This document shows positions 26,488-38,422 of a DNA stretch of 64,000 bases, piece by piece; position 1 is the stretch's first letter, and every line of letters begins with the position of its first letter. Location: positions 875,873 to 939,872 of the forward strand of contig NMRA01000027.1 of NCBI GenBank assembly GCA_002633005.1. The letters are read 5' to 3'. A program made the position numbers and the translations under genes. Under the pieces are notes generated by a model. The model searched no databases. It saw nothing but the letters and a program-made list of their open reading frames with translations, and had not been told where the DNA came from. Source of the DNA: Phoronis australis (taxonomy: Eukaryota; Animalia; Phoronida).

Positions 26488-27679
26488 ATATTGAAGAATC
26501 CAAAAACGGCGAAATAAGGTTACAAGAATGCCTAGAAATTTCATTGCCGGTGAACTTGTACTGTTCGACAGCTATAGTTAGATTCTTTGGCCTGCACCGC
26601 GCAGTTCTGCCTTTCCTCATTCAAAATATGCTGGCTCGCACTAGCAAATGGCTTGACCCCACTAGCAACGTTTGCTTCAAAAGTGCCGCCAAACATCGAC
26701 GATATAACCGAATTTAAGTTCTAGTTCAGTGTGACCACAACCGCAGCCTAACTGGCAGTGTAACATTGATGCACTCTTTTTTTAAGCTGAGTTCGATCGA
26801 CACCAAGAAAACCAGGTTCGAAAAATGCTTCCAAAGTGCAAATGACCTCGACATTGTTTTTCCGAACCTCATCGCATCCCTGCAAACGAATGCTCGTGGA
26901 CAACACATAGGCCTATTTTGGACAAATCATACCCCGGTACTGCAAGGTACTGCAAAATCCAAAATACTGTTAAAAAACTTTCAAAGATTTAGATTAGATT
27001 TTTACTACGTCGGACTATCAGTCAGCTTCAACTTGTAGAGCTAGACAATGCGTTTGATAAGTTGCAGTCCAACCGGGGAAACAGAATGAAGATTGTTTCC
27101 CCTTCAATTTCTGCGTTGGCAGCCATTTTGATTTACTGCGCAACAGATGTCCTGGCGGATTGGTATCGGATTGCTATAGCGAGATTTCGCAGACCGTATG
27201 TTACAGGATATCGAATATCAAACACGCATTCTTATCCCATAAGTGTGTGAATACGTCCATTGAATACGCCGTGAAACACGTCATGGAATAGGGGAAAGTA
27301 GAGCCAATCCGTATACAGCGATAGAGGCCGCATTTCACCGTTGATATACATCAGTCTTCTGGCGGAGTAAATTCTCTTGAACGACGGTGAATTTTATTGG
27401 GCTTCCTAAAGCATTGATCGGAAAAAACATTGCATGTGGCCTGGTGTCATTTGCGGTGCATCAGACGTGCGCAGGCCTCCTGGTTGGGCCCATTGCACAA
27501 AACTTGACACGTGAGCTTAAAACACGAGAGCCCCGTTTTGGTTCTTTGTCTGTCTCCTTTAAGAAAGAGGACAGACGTTTCCATTTGTTGCCATGCACTA
27601 TATGTTGTAGGCATGTAACAGTGCCATCCAGTAGGTTGCTCCTTAGCCTGTAAAAAGCTGGACAAGACTCTACCAGCTG

Positions 27680-28150
27680 TTAGAGGTTTCAACATCAGTA
27701 CATGTACCACACTCGGGACACACTGGGCTCCCCATATGCCCAGTAATGTCTCTATGTCGGGCTAGGTTACAGTGGCGAGACAAAATTTGAATGACGAGTC
27801 TTAGGCCCAATTTGTCAAGACTCGGAAGGTTTATTGAAGCTTTTGGTTTGATCACATTGAGAAAACTCTCATCGGTTTCCCTACAGGAGTCAAGTGATGC
27901 CCATTGGGCTGATGACTTGCGTATTCGCATCCTGCAGCATCCGTAAGATACCCGGATAACACGTTCAGGCACACAATCAACAACGCTTACATGTAGTTCT
28001 GCTCCTACACGTATCTTTGCAAGTTTGTTTGCATTTTCATTGCCGTCAATTCACACATAGGCCCTAACCCATTGTATATCGACGGTTCTTCCAATTGCAA
28101 GCTTACTAAGCTCATTAATGCGAGCATTGATCGAAGGCGTCGTTACAAAA
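27680..28150 (-). mobile_element. LINE remnant with RNase H and C-terminal CCHC region (I/R1/LOA-group-like)
   Basis: IQWVRAYV*IDGNENANKLAK matches the RNase H WVxxHxGIxGNExADxLAK motif. Downstream ILSRHCNLARHRDITGHMGSPVCPECG...ET is the typical post-RNase H zinc knuckle. In-frame stops are present. Confidence 0.78.
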
Positions 28151-28849
28151 AAGCAGGCTGACTACTTTAAAAATTATAAGCTTTCAACAAAGATTTACCA
28201 ATGAAAATTCCGGACGCATGGTGATCAGACGACTATTTTTAGGCTTCACTGCATGCAAAAATCTAACTCAAATTAAACGGAAACGTTTTGTTATGAGTGC
28301 ATGCAGTATATCTACACTGATAAATAAAATATTTACAGAAAATTGCGGCTTACTATGGAGATTGCGTTTTTATTGACACAATCTGTTCATCTGCTCACAG
28401 AGTTGCTGGACTCTCCCACGCTGTTTGCGTAAAATCTGCTTTTAGCGATACAGTCCATACCCCGCGTTCTGCGAATCAGCACAGTTTCCACCGTTACTTT
28501 CGGGGGCTGCGATTAACACGGTGGAATATTTCTACTACTATTTCCATTCCAGAAGCTAAGATGCGAAAATGAAAGTTAAGACGTTTATCGAAGCTAAGAC
28601 GATACACTGCTGCTCGACTTTTCAGTTGTTTCAATTTTCATATATCCGGATGGATTGTTGCCGACGAACTTTTGATATTATTGAATGGTTCATTGTTTTA
28701 ACTTGTACATTGCAGCAACTGAAAATTCTGAGGGAATTTCCGTACGATAAAACTCATTTTTTCTGCGCAAATGTATGCATTTCATATCACTAACTTATGA
28801 CGAATCCAGCTCGAGTAACCAGAGATCTGCGAATAGTACTTCAACAAGT

Positions 28850-28967
28850 TACAAATCTTAAGTTTTAGTTTTGACTTAATTCTGACTATTTTACCGGATG
28901 TGGAAGTTTCAAAGCTTGGAAGTTAAGACAAATCTTAGACTTAAGTAAAAAATGAACTTAAGTCAGT
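28850..28967 (+). mobile_element. Fragment of the Harbinger-derived MITE
   Basis: Shares TTACCGGATGTGGAAGTTTCAAAGCTTGGA with 15242-15271, then AGTTAAGACAAATCTTAGACTTAA...AAGTCAGTT with the MITE at 36365-36605. Confidence 0.8.
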
Positions 28968-30193
28968 TGTTAGCATTTCACCAACCTTCATTGACGGTTA
29001 TTTCAGACTAGGAAAGCATCTAATATTTTTTTGGGGTCAAATGACACATATTTCGCCAAATTTTAATCTACATCAAAAAAATTCGCTAACTGAAATTCTC
29101 ACAAATCCCACGGGGTTTCGAAGCCCTCCTCAAAGGAATCTTTATACCTGTATCTGTGCGTGTTAACCTGGGAGATGTTTCAGTGTAAGATTCGAACTTG
29201 CACTTCAAAAAAATCATTGAAATCTTTGTATATGATTGCGTGAGATAATTCAAGTCCCTTAATCTTACACATAATCAGTTAGACTGCTTATGTGCACGGC
29301 CCTCAAAAATCTTTCTCGCGACAGTCTGATCTACACAGCGAGTGTAGCACGCAAAATAATGATTTTTTGCGATCTCCAAAAGAAATGCTATTGGATTTTT
29401 GAGCCAAATGTCCATATTGTTTTCCTGAATTGGAACATTATAATTTGTATAATTGGTCCAATTCCCATCCATTTTTCCAAGTTCGGTCTTTTGAATGTTA
29501 ATTTTATACAGTGTCAGAGGTTGGTGTTTTGGGGAATAAGTTTGATGCTGGAGTGTAAAAAATAATTGTTTTCTAAACCTCGGTGAGCAGGAGATGTCAT
29601 CTATTTTCCGCGATAAGAATTGAGAGTGTCAGATTTCTAGTGGCAAAAAGGGAAGTTCATGTCCGGGACTGTCATAAGAGGCCAGGAAGATGACCCTGGA
29701 GAAACGGAGCTTTGCATTGCCTACTTAAAAGTTGTGAAGCAACATGGAAAAACTTTGTACATTAAGTTTTCTTGAACTTTTTAGAAATATTAATAGGAAC
29801 TATTAGTCTTCTTACACGTCATGTGCTGGTGTTGAAGTGATCATTATCCAGTGTCAAAGTTGGAAACCCGAATTTAAAAAAGGGGGCGCCTAACAAAAGT
29901 GCACCGTCTAGGACAACCCCAAGAGTAATCTGGATCTGGTAGTAGGCCTAGACAATGTTACGTTTCATCCGTGATGTATCTCTTTTCTATGCCGTGCCTT
30001 TCTCCTAACATTTTTGCTCGAGTCTGCCGGTCGTCACAAACATATGGCCCCTACGTTTATGCACATGTTTTCCTACTTCCCGTCTCCTACGGCCCTGCTA
30101 GCTTAGGCTTGTCGTGCGATTGGGTTTTAAAAGCATTGTTGTATTCCATGCTCTCCAGTTTCCCATTCCGTATGCTGAATTAAGGTATGTGTT

Positions 30194-31065
30194 CATAGGC
30201 GGATTTAGGGCCCCCCCNNNNNNNNNNNNNNNNNNNNNNNNNNNNNNNNNNNNNNNNNNNNNNNNNNNNNNNNNNNNNNNNNNNNNNNNNNNNNNNNNNN
30301 NNNNNNNNNNNNNNNNNNNNNNNNNNNNNNNNNNNNNNNNNNNNNNNNNNNNNNNNNNNNNNNNNNNNNNNNNNNNNNNNNNNNNNNNNNNNNNNNNNNN
30401 NNNNNNNNNNNNNNNNNNNNNNNNNNNNNNNNNNNNNNNNNNNNNNNNNNNNNNNNNNNNNNNNNNNNNNNNNNNNNNNNNNNNNNNNNNNNNNNNNNNN
30501 NNNNNNNNNNNNNNNNNNNNNNNNNNNNNNNNNNNNNNNNNNNNNNNNNNNNNNNNNNNNNNNNNNNNNNNNNNNNNNNNNNNNNNNNNNNNNNNNNNNN
30601 NNNNNNNNNNNNNNNNNNNNNNNNNNNNNNNNNNNNNNNNNNNNNNNNNNNNNNNNNNNNNNNNNNNNNNNNNNNNNNNNNNNNNNNNNNNNNNNNNNNN
30701 NNNNNNNNNNNNNNNNNNNNNNNNNNNNNNNNNNNNNNNNNNNNNNNNNNNNNNNNNNNNNNNNNNNNNNNNNNNNNNNNNNNNNNNNNNNNNNNNNNNG
30801 AGGTCGTGAGTTCAAGTCTTTGGTACGTTCAGGTTTACTGTTTGACACGTTCTCCGTTTTTTTTTTTTTTTCTTGACTATTACTTCAGGAATCAAGGAAA
30901 ATGCTTGATTTTTAAAGGTAAAAACAGAAAAATTTCCTGGGCGGGAGGGGGGCAAACCCCCCTCCCGACCTCCCCCCATCTACAATCGTGGTTCAGTTTG
31001 CGCAAATGCTTACAGCCGGACAAAATCAATTGGCCCCCCCTTGTGATATCCTAGATCCGCCACTG
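30194..31065 (-). mobile_element. hAT-like non-autonomous element (CAGTGGCGGATCTAG family), spanning the gap
   Basis: Ends CATAGGCGGATTTAG (30194) and CTAGATCCGCCACTG (31065), with flanks GTGTT/GTGCT. 30800-31065 aligns to the reverse complement of 63427-63707. Confidence 0.7.
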
Positions 31066-31399
31066 GTGCTCCGTGTTATTACGCTTAGGACAGCTATGGA
31101 CACGTGATACATTAAGTGCGGGCTTCATTTCAGGAAAATTTGAGAGTAGAAATCTAAAGAAGCCTCATACCAAGAACAATAGGCTAGATTTCGAAAACTC
31201 GTTTGAAATCGGCTGTAAACCCACTTTCCGTCCAGGAAACAATATTTTGATTTAGACCACTCGCTCAGAGTTTTTGGTAAGGCCCTTGACGCAGCTTAAC
31301 TGGGGGAGCAGCCCACTATTTCAAAGGTGCACTACTCCGAAGGTTCACTACTCCGAAAAGATCTAAAGTTTCAGACTTGGGTGTAATGATACACTTTTA

Positions 31400-32297
31400 C
31401 CTGCAACACTTCGGTTATTAGATGCACTTGGGTGTACCTATGCTGAAACAACGCCTGGATTTCACTGATGCGCATGCGAAATTGCCCGCATGTCTTTCGA
31501 ATACGGAAAATGAGTACGTACTTGGATTTTTAAAAGAATATGAAGTAGGAATATTGATGAATTATCAACCACTATACATTCATCAAATCCATGTCAAGGT
31601 CGCATCATTTCACAGCGTGACGAGCTACTAGTCTACTAGCCTTTGCGCCTCAAAACTCACCCACCGGAACCACGTGCATGGCCGGGTCGAAACTAAATGT
31701 AGTTAGTAGTCTGTACCCAGTGCCTGCCAGTCTTCACGAAGTCGGAGAGTCCCATTCAATCTTCTTAAATTTAAAACCGCAGCTATATGGTCGCTATCAC
31801 TATGAGTCCCGAGTCCACGAGTGTTTGAGACTGAATGAGTCCGGCGCTAGTTTTATTCAAGCTGCGTTTGGCAGTAGTGACTGAATGAGCTCATTTGTAA
31901 AGTTACCAACACAATCAAAGTTTCAAAAACTATTTAACTTTTGCACACCCTTTAATAGTCAGCCTACTAAATGCAAACACGATGAATCAAGCCTGAGGTA
32001 GGCTAGGCCTACGCTGTGGTTGCTGGCTTGCTGCCGGGCGTTTTTTTACTTGAAATAAAATATTTCAGCACTTTGTCGGATACGAGACATATTCGTATTC
32101 ATAGACTATTGTTTTATATGCACATGCGTCACAGCTGGTACGCTAAGTGGGCTAGCCGATGGACTCTTCTGCGGATTCTGAACTCCGGTAGCCGTGAGAG
32201 CACGCGGTCACTAGGAGGCGTGACGATAGACAAAAGTCTCCACAGTATAGAGGTCAAATCTTTGTTCACTCATTGTTGATTTAAGACCAGTGGCGAG
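31400..32297. promoter_or_regulatory. Candidate promoter/first-exon region of the zinc-finger gene (possibly bidirectional)
   Basis: NRF1-type TGCGCATGCG at 31469-31478 and a strong plus-strand donor GAG|GTGAGT (32297/32298). Outward-facing minus-strand donors G|GTGAGT (~31660) and CAG|GTAAAA (~31400). No recognisable repeat between the two flanking MITEs apart from a short ACTACTCCGAA doublet near 31330. Confidence 0.4.
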
Positions 32298-33093
32298 GTG
32301 AGTGTGTTTTCTCTCGTGTATTTCTCGGTGTAGGTTCTTAACATTGCATTTAAAAGCACCCGGGCTTATAGAATGTTATATAGGCGTGCTGTGTATTTGT
32401 AGAGAGTATAAAATAATGTGGCATAAGACTCAGGAAGGAGGTGGTAAGGATGATTTCCCGCCGCGGCATTGACATTTATAATTTTACGCCATTAGCGATT
32501 TGTGTTGCGCTGTAAATTTGCCATGAGAGCACAGTTGCTCGACGTGAGACTATAATATATAGAAGGCATGTTAGAGCGATCCAATACGGCAACCTATCAG
32601 GCAAGTTTTGATTGGCTAAACTAGTCCGAGAGTGGACTGCAAAAATACGCTTCAAATGAGACCCTGAGAGACTTGCTTCTTTATTCCACCGCTAGGATCG
32701 CTAGTAGCGTGTGTCTGTCCAGTCACCAGCCTCCCATTTGTTTGCTCTGTTTGTAGCTAGTTTCTGGTATATTATCGATTGGCATGTGATTGGAATTCGT
32801 TGAAAACTTGTTTGTTTGATTAATGAAGACTTTCCGGAGGTGCTGAATTTTTCGCAATATAATGTGTTTTTTTAAGACTTAATTTACGGTTGAAACAAAA
32901 GTGTTTCCATTCCATGTACCCATCGTTGGCTGTGAAATGAGACTTACAGATTTACAGACACAGTTCTTCTTTAAATTTACTATGGTTGTGTGCGAAGAGG
33001 TACTTAATTGGAATTTTCATTGTCTAATGACTTATTCTTACCAAAGTCGATTCATGTGCCAGTCGAGATATTTTCGTTTTGTTTATCTGTGAG

Positions 33094-33192
33094 CAGTGGC
33101 GGATCTAGGATATCACAAGGGGGGGCCCAACATTTTGTCCGGCTGTAAGCATTTGCGCAAACTGAACCAAGATTGTAGATAAGCATTGCACC
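33094..33192 (+). mobile_element. CAGTGGCGGATCTAG-family element end (runs into gap)
   Basis: CAGTGGCGGATCTAGGATATCACAAGGGGGG...TTTTGTCCGGCTGTAAGCATTTGCGCAAACTGAACCA is shared with 31065(-) and 63427(+). Confidence 0.85.
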
Positions 33193-36100
33193 NNNNNNNN
33201 NNNNNNNNNNNNNNNNNNNNNNNNNNNNNNNNNNNNNNNNNNNNNNNNNNNNNNNNNNNNNNNNNNNNNNNNNNNNNNNNNNNNNNNNNNNNNNNNNNNN
33301 NNNNNNNNNNNNNNNNNNNNNNNNNNNNNNNNNNNNNNNNNNNNNNNNNNNNNNNNNNNNNNNNNNNNNNNNNNNNNNNNNNNNNNNNNNNNNNNNNNNN
33401 NNNNNNNNNNNNNNNNNNNNNNNNNNNNNNNNNNNNNNNNNNNNNNNNNNNNNNNNNNNNNNNNNNNNNNNNNNNNNNNNNNNNNNNNNAAAAAAATGTT
33501 GTAAAATCATTATTTTAGCCAAAAAGTTGAGCTACAAACTCGGAAAACTTGCTTCCCTTCATTCTCAAAATAACCTGATAATCGGCGAATCGCGAGGCCT
33601 CTTCTATCGGTATGTGTGTCACACGCCTAACCTATAAGCAATGACTTCTGTGATTTGCGGATTGCTTACTTTTTCTAATTCCGGCTGTTTATGGCTAAAT
33701 ATGTACTGTTGACAAAATGGCAAAGCATGAGTGGTCGCATATTCCGAGCTGTGAAGAAAGTAGCTTCTGTCCCTCAACTAAACAACTTAAATTAGTCTGA
33801 AAATTGGTGATCAATTCACTATGTGTATTTTAGAAACTGTTTCAGGGGCAAGTAAGTAGGAAAAGTACCCATGCCCGTACCCATGGGGGGGCTTGAATGA
33901 TTCCCCCATTTGGCAAAGTGGGAAAAGGGTCCTGAGAGAAACCAAAAGTCCGAGAAAACGAGACAAATTTGGCGAAAGCTCTGAACGCTAAGCAAACCTG
34001 TTGTTTTTTTGTTAGTGAAAGGTCCACTGTGAAAAATTCAAACCCCCCCCCCTATACTGTGGATTAAATTTGGTCTGTATGCAAAAATCTGCAAGTTTAT
34101 TGAAAAATCTGCAAATCTGATATTCAGAGTACTCCAATGCAGTTTTGGTGGTACACAGGTCTGACACATACTTTCTGCAACCCGACTGAGAAATATGCCA
34201 GCCCCGCCTAGCTGACAACAGATGCAATTTTAAGTGTCTAGAGTATCAGAAGTTGTGAAGTAAAGTAACTATTTAGCTCAAATATTGATGGAATCCTAAG
34301 GTTTTTTTGCATCATTGCCTGATATTCTAATACCAAATGATGAGGCCAAGCTGTGAACTATGCGACTCAAAATGATAACTCGTTGATGTCACAGGGTTAT
34401 TTTAGCACCTTCACCTGCCACCTGGTGTTATTGAAATAAATTAGCCAAGATGCTAAATACACGGTCATGTGGTGGGATGTTACTTTAAAGCATCAGAATA
34501 ATTAGTTGCACTTCATAAATGCAGCCTCAGCAAAGTGCTGTTCATGCCACATCCGAGTGCGCTTGTAATATTGATAGAAAGGAATGAATATGAGAACTGG
34601 TATGGAATCCATATTGGCAGAATACCAAGAAATGCATAAACTTTTTAATGTTGCATGAGCGTATCTGTCTGCTGTGGTGCTCAGATTCGTGGCACTGAGA
34701 TTCAAGAGTTGTCCCAACACAAGATAGCAGCTATGAAAGGGTGCACTTGACAAGTCAAGAAGGCAAAAAGGACCAGTTTTTATAAGTTTTATTATGAGCA
34801 ACTTTTGGTGGGTTAAAAAGACGCTTTTATGATTTTATTTTAAGAAACGAGCATTATGTTGGGAAATGAAATGGATCTTGATTTCAATCTTGTTTTTATT
34901 GTGTTGACAACTCTCTGAAACTAAGGAAATTCCATTTTTTTCAGCAATAAAGTAGTTCGGTGATACCTAAGTAACTACCTTGTACGAATTTCGTGGACTA
35001 TGAAAAACTCATTTTGGAAATATTTATTCTTGGTCGAAAATGGCGGGCTGTCCGAAAATCACGCGACTTTATCGTAAGAGTATTGTATTTATCCAAACAC
35101 AGTTAACGCTGGTATACAGATGGGACACCAGCAAGAATTACAAAGCTTTGTGAAGTGAGATGCTTGAGCTGTGTCAAATTTTCAGCTATCACAATAAGTG
35201 TGTGCCATTATTGCAAACTCGCTGAAATTTGAACAGTGCATAACCCTAACAAATATAGCCATCACTTTTATTTCACAAATGTGCTGTGTCACATTTGTGA
35301 GGACACAGCACATGGCTTCAAAACAATTACATAAAACTCAAATCAGGTTAACAAACATAGTATCAATTTCTCTGTAATTATTGAACAGTTGTTCATATAT
35401 ATAAATGTTGTAGGAAAGGAACAAGCTGAAACTAAAACACCTGTATGTGGTCTTAATGAAAATAGATTTTCTGTGACAGAAGATGGCCTTATCCACAGGT
35501 GTTGGTACAAATACACTGACCTAATGGAAAGTACCACAATAGATTAAGACTTAATATGTTATGGACTGGTGACATCATTATTGCAGTGAAGTCGAATTTT
35601 AGTATGACCTGTTGTAAAGTATGGGTAAAATTTCAATTTGAATATACACAGAGGCACAAATTGATGATTTGTCAAAATCAGATTTTGTCCAGTTGTGTAA
35701 CTTTATATACAAACTTCGTCCAATGAAAATAACAGCACGACAATTCAACCATAAATATGTCCTTAAAGGAACATGATTGTTTTGCAAAATGTGAGTGCCT
35801 AGTTACACTAGCTTTTTTGTAATTTGCAAAAAAGCTAGGGTAAACACAGTCGCACTACACAGCCAATAAGATGGGGAGATGGCAACAGTAGCGATCGCTT
35901 TCTTTGCATTCAATGTGTGGAAATGTTTAAGACATCCTTTTTATCTTTGAAGAATATGACTAACATGTTTGTTTATTTGCATTTTAGATCAACTATGAAC
36001 TAAAGGGAAATGTCGCTTTAAGAGGACAGTTTAAAAGGAAGGCTGCTGGTTTTGGTTAAATTACGATTTTCTGGTAATCCCAGGGGCAATTCCGTGAACA

Positions 36101-36364
36101 GGTCAGCCTAGAGACAAAAAGTTAAAACTGACAATATTAACATTTCTGGTCTTATCTGAAAGTCAATCTCTCCAGTTTCAGAACCTGTGTTTGAATTTCC
36201 TATGATTTTCAATTTCTAGCCGTGTGGACCCCTGTACCCCTTTTTGGGGGTCTGTTGACCATAGGAAACACCTCAATTATAGGTATGCTGCTAATTCTTC
36301 TCATTAATATTAAAATGGAGGTCTTGAGTCACCCGAAAAAATCATACTATTAATACTTGAATCT

Positions 36365-36605
36365 GGGGCCCCTTCCAAGAAAACTGACTTAGCTAAGACA
36401 AATCTTCAATTTCAGGCAATTTTAAGACGAAACGTAAGTTTATCTCAAATCGGTTTCAAGTAGATCTTAGGTATGACTTGTTTTTTACTTTAGGTTTTGT
36501 CTTAATTTACTGACTTACCAAATATGGAAGTTTCAGATTTTGAAGTTGAGACAAATCTTAGACTTAAATTGAAAAGAAAGCAAGTCAGTTTCTTGAAAGG
36601 GCGCC
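36365..36605 (+). mobile_element. Complete Harbinger-derived MITE (~240 bp)
   Basis: TIRs GGGCCCCTTCCAAGAAAACTGACTT / AAGTCAGTTTCTTGAAAGGGCGCC. The 5' half is collinear with 15085-15270. Confidence 0.8.
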
Positions 36606-38148
36606 GGGTCAGCAAATTGTGGGAATTCCACTACACTATCAATTTTGTGCAATCACAGGGATCTTGAATCATCCAAAAATATCGGTTTGGCTCATAGCAC
36701 ATCGGGGACATCAAAGTCGGCAAAATCCTGGATGTCATGGTGTCGTAGGTCCATCACAAAAAGTGCTAACTTGTTAATGCTCTTAACGTTTTGAATCCCA
36801 GTCCGAAATCGCGTGACAGACTTCCGTTAAATTTGTGTGGCCGTCATGTACATCTGCCACTCATGAAATGCAATTTTCAGTGCAGTCTTAGTTGTTTTAC
36901 GCTTTGATGGCTTGTAGAAACTGAGTCTTACACTTAAAGGAAGGCGACTGTTCTTAGTGTCAGTTTTTGTTAATTTACAATTTTCTGGTTATCCTCTTGA
37001 TAAAATTTCAAGCTAATTGAACTCCCCTCGGACTCAACGAATTATGCACCCGTCACTCCTGAAATTACGTTCGTAGCCCAAACCATTCCCCGCCAGCGTT
37101 GTTAACATGGACTTCACTTGGCACCGTGTTTGACTTTGAATCCGTCATTGTGTACGTCAGCTTGTAAAAAGTCTGATATTTGCCTTTCTCTGAGTCTTAT
37201 TCAGTATGTCTGGAAGTTGTTTTGAGCACCATGAGTTATCGATGTATATAAGAGTCCAGTTTCACCCATTTTCAGTGGATGACAACATCCGTTGAATTCA
37301 CTCACTCCTTTCAAGAATGCAGCGCTCACATGTAAAGCTGTGCAAAGCTTTCGAGTGTGCTTCGTATCACGAAGGCGACATGTAAACAGAGATTATGAAG
37401 ATCTCTGCTAAACATGATGTGAAGAAGGATGCCGCACTGTCAGTATTTCCCTTCTCTACGTTGTCGTCACCTGCCAACAGTATTTTTTTTAAACGCAGAG
37501 CACCCGGAGCCGCAGCCACTGTGGTTCAAGGCCACTAAGTTGGTGTCACCCATGTGTGTGACAAGCCACAGCAGCGTCCACAAGTACATGTAGCAACCAA
37601 CTCAGTTTCGCTACGTCCGGGTGTTTTTGTGGTGGTTGACTCTATCGATTTCCTGTCCATTGCAGATGAAACAATGGCCAAATACCACTTCACTATGTTC
37701 TGGTTCAATCCAGGATTGTCCGAGAATACTCGTAGGAGGAGGCAAATAATTACAACTGACCCTACTGATTGCCGCTTCCTTAGTGACTCATGCATAATTT
37801 AACTTAGAACCCTGGGCTATTTATTTACTTTTAATCTAAGGTACTATAAATGACACTAAAGGCGATTGCCTTTCTCGTAAAAACCTCTATACAATGATCG
37901 CACAGTTAGTATTGAAATTTGCTTCACCATTCAAAGTTCAAGGGATCTTCATACAAATGTGCTCAATTGAGGAGAACTGCAGCAACCTGCCTAACATCTG
38001 AGCCCTAAGTCATGTTTCTGAAACGGTGAGCTTGTGCTGGATAAGTCAGTCATTTTGTGACGCTCTTTTTTTACATAACACCCTCTCTAAATTTACCTAC
38101 TCTAACCATGGAGTAAAAATGCACGAAATTATGGAAAGTACCCAACTG

Positions 38149-38220
38149 CATGGGCGGCGCAGCACTGAAAAAAGGGGAGGGGGGCTATAGCCCCCAGCCT
38201 TCTATGGTGGGCTGCCCATG
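38149..38220. mobile_element. 72-bp MITE with 5-bp TSD
   Basis: CATGGGCGGC...GCTGCCCATG flanked by AACTG on both sides. A related copy lies at 61371-61490. Confidence 0.8.
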
Positions 38221-38422
38221 AACTGTCCCGTTTCTTAAAAGTTATTGGCTTGGAAGGAAGGCACACATACTTTTTGAATAGTTTATTTCTCAGGTCTTTA
38301 ATTTTGCTGTGCGTCTAATAAATGCAAGGCTATATTCAGTTGTTCATCTTTCATTTTCGTTGAATATTTATTTTAGGTGTAAAGCGGAATAGCAGCTGTG
38401 AGATGAGACCCTAAGAACTACG

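Noticed and set aside
30114-33522. Long ORFs 30114-30809, 30180-30848, 33052-33522, 33186-33518
   Set aside because: They are open only because they run through N gaps.
37535-37795. CTCGRCCGLSH resembling an RTE-LINE C-terminal zinc finger
   Set aside because: A single short degenerate motif; too weak to annotate without a profile search.
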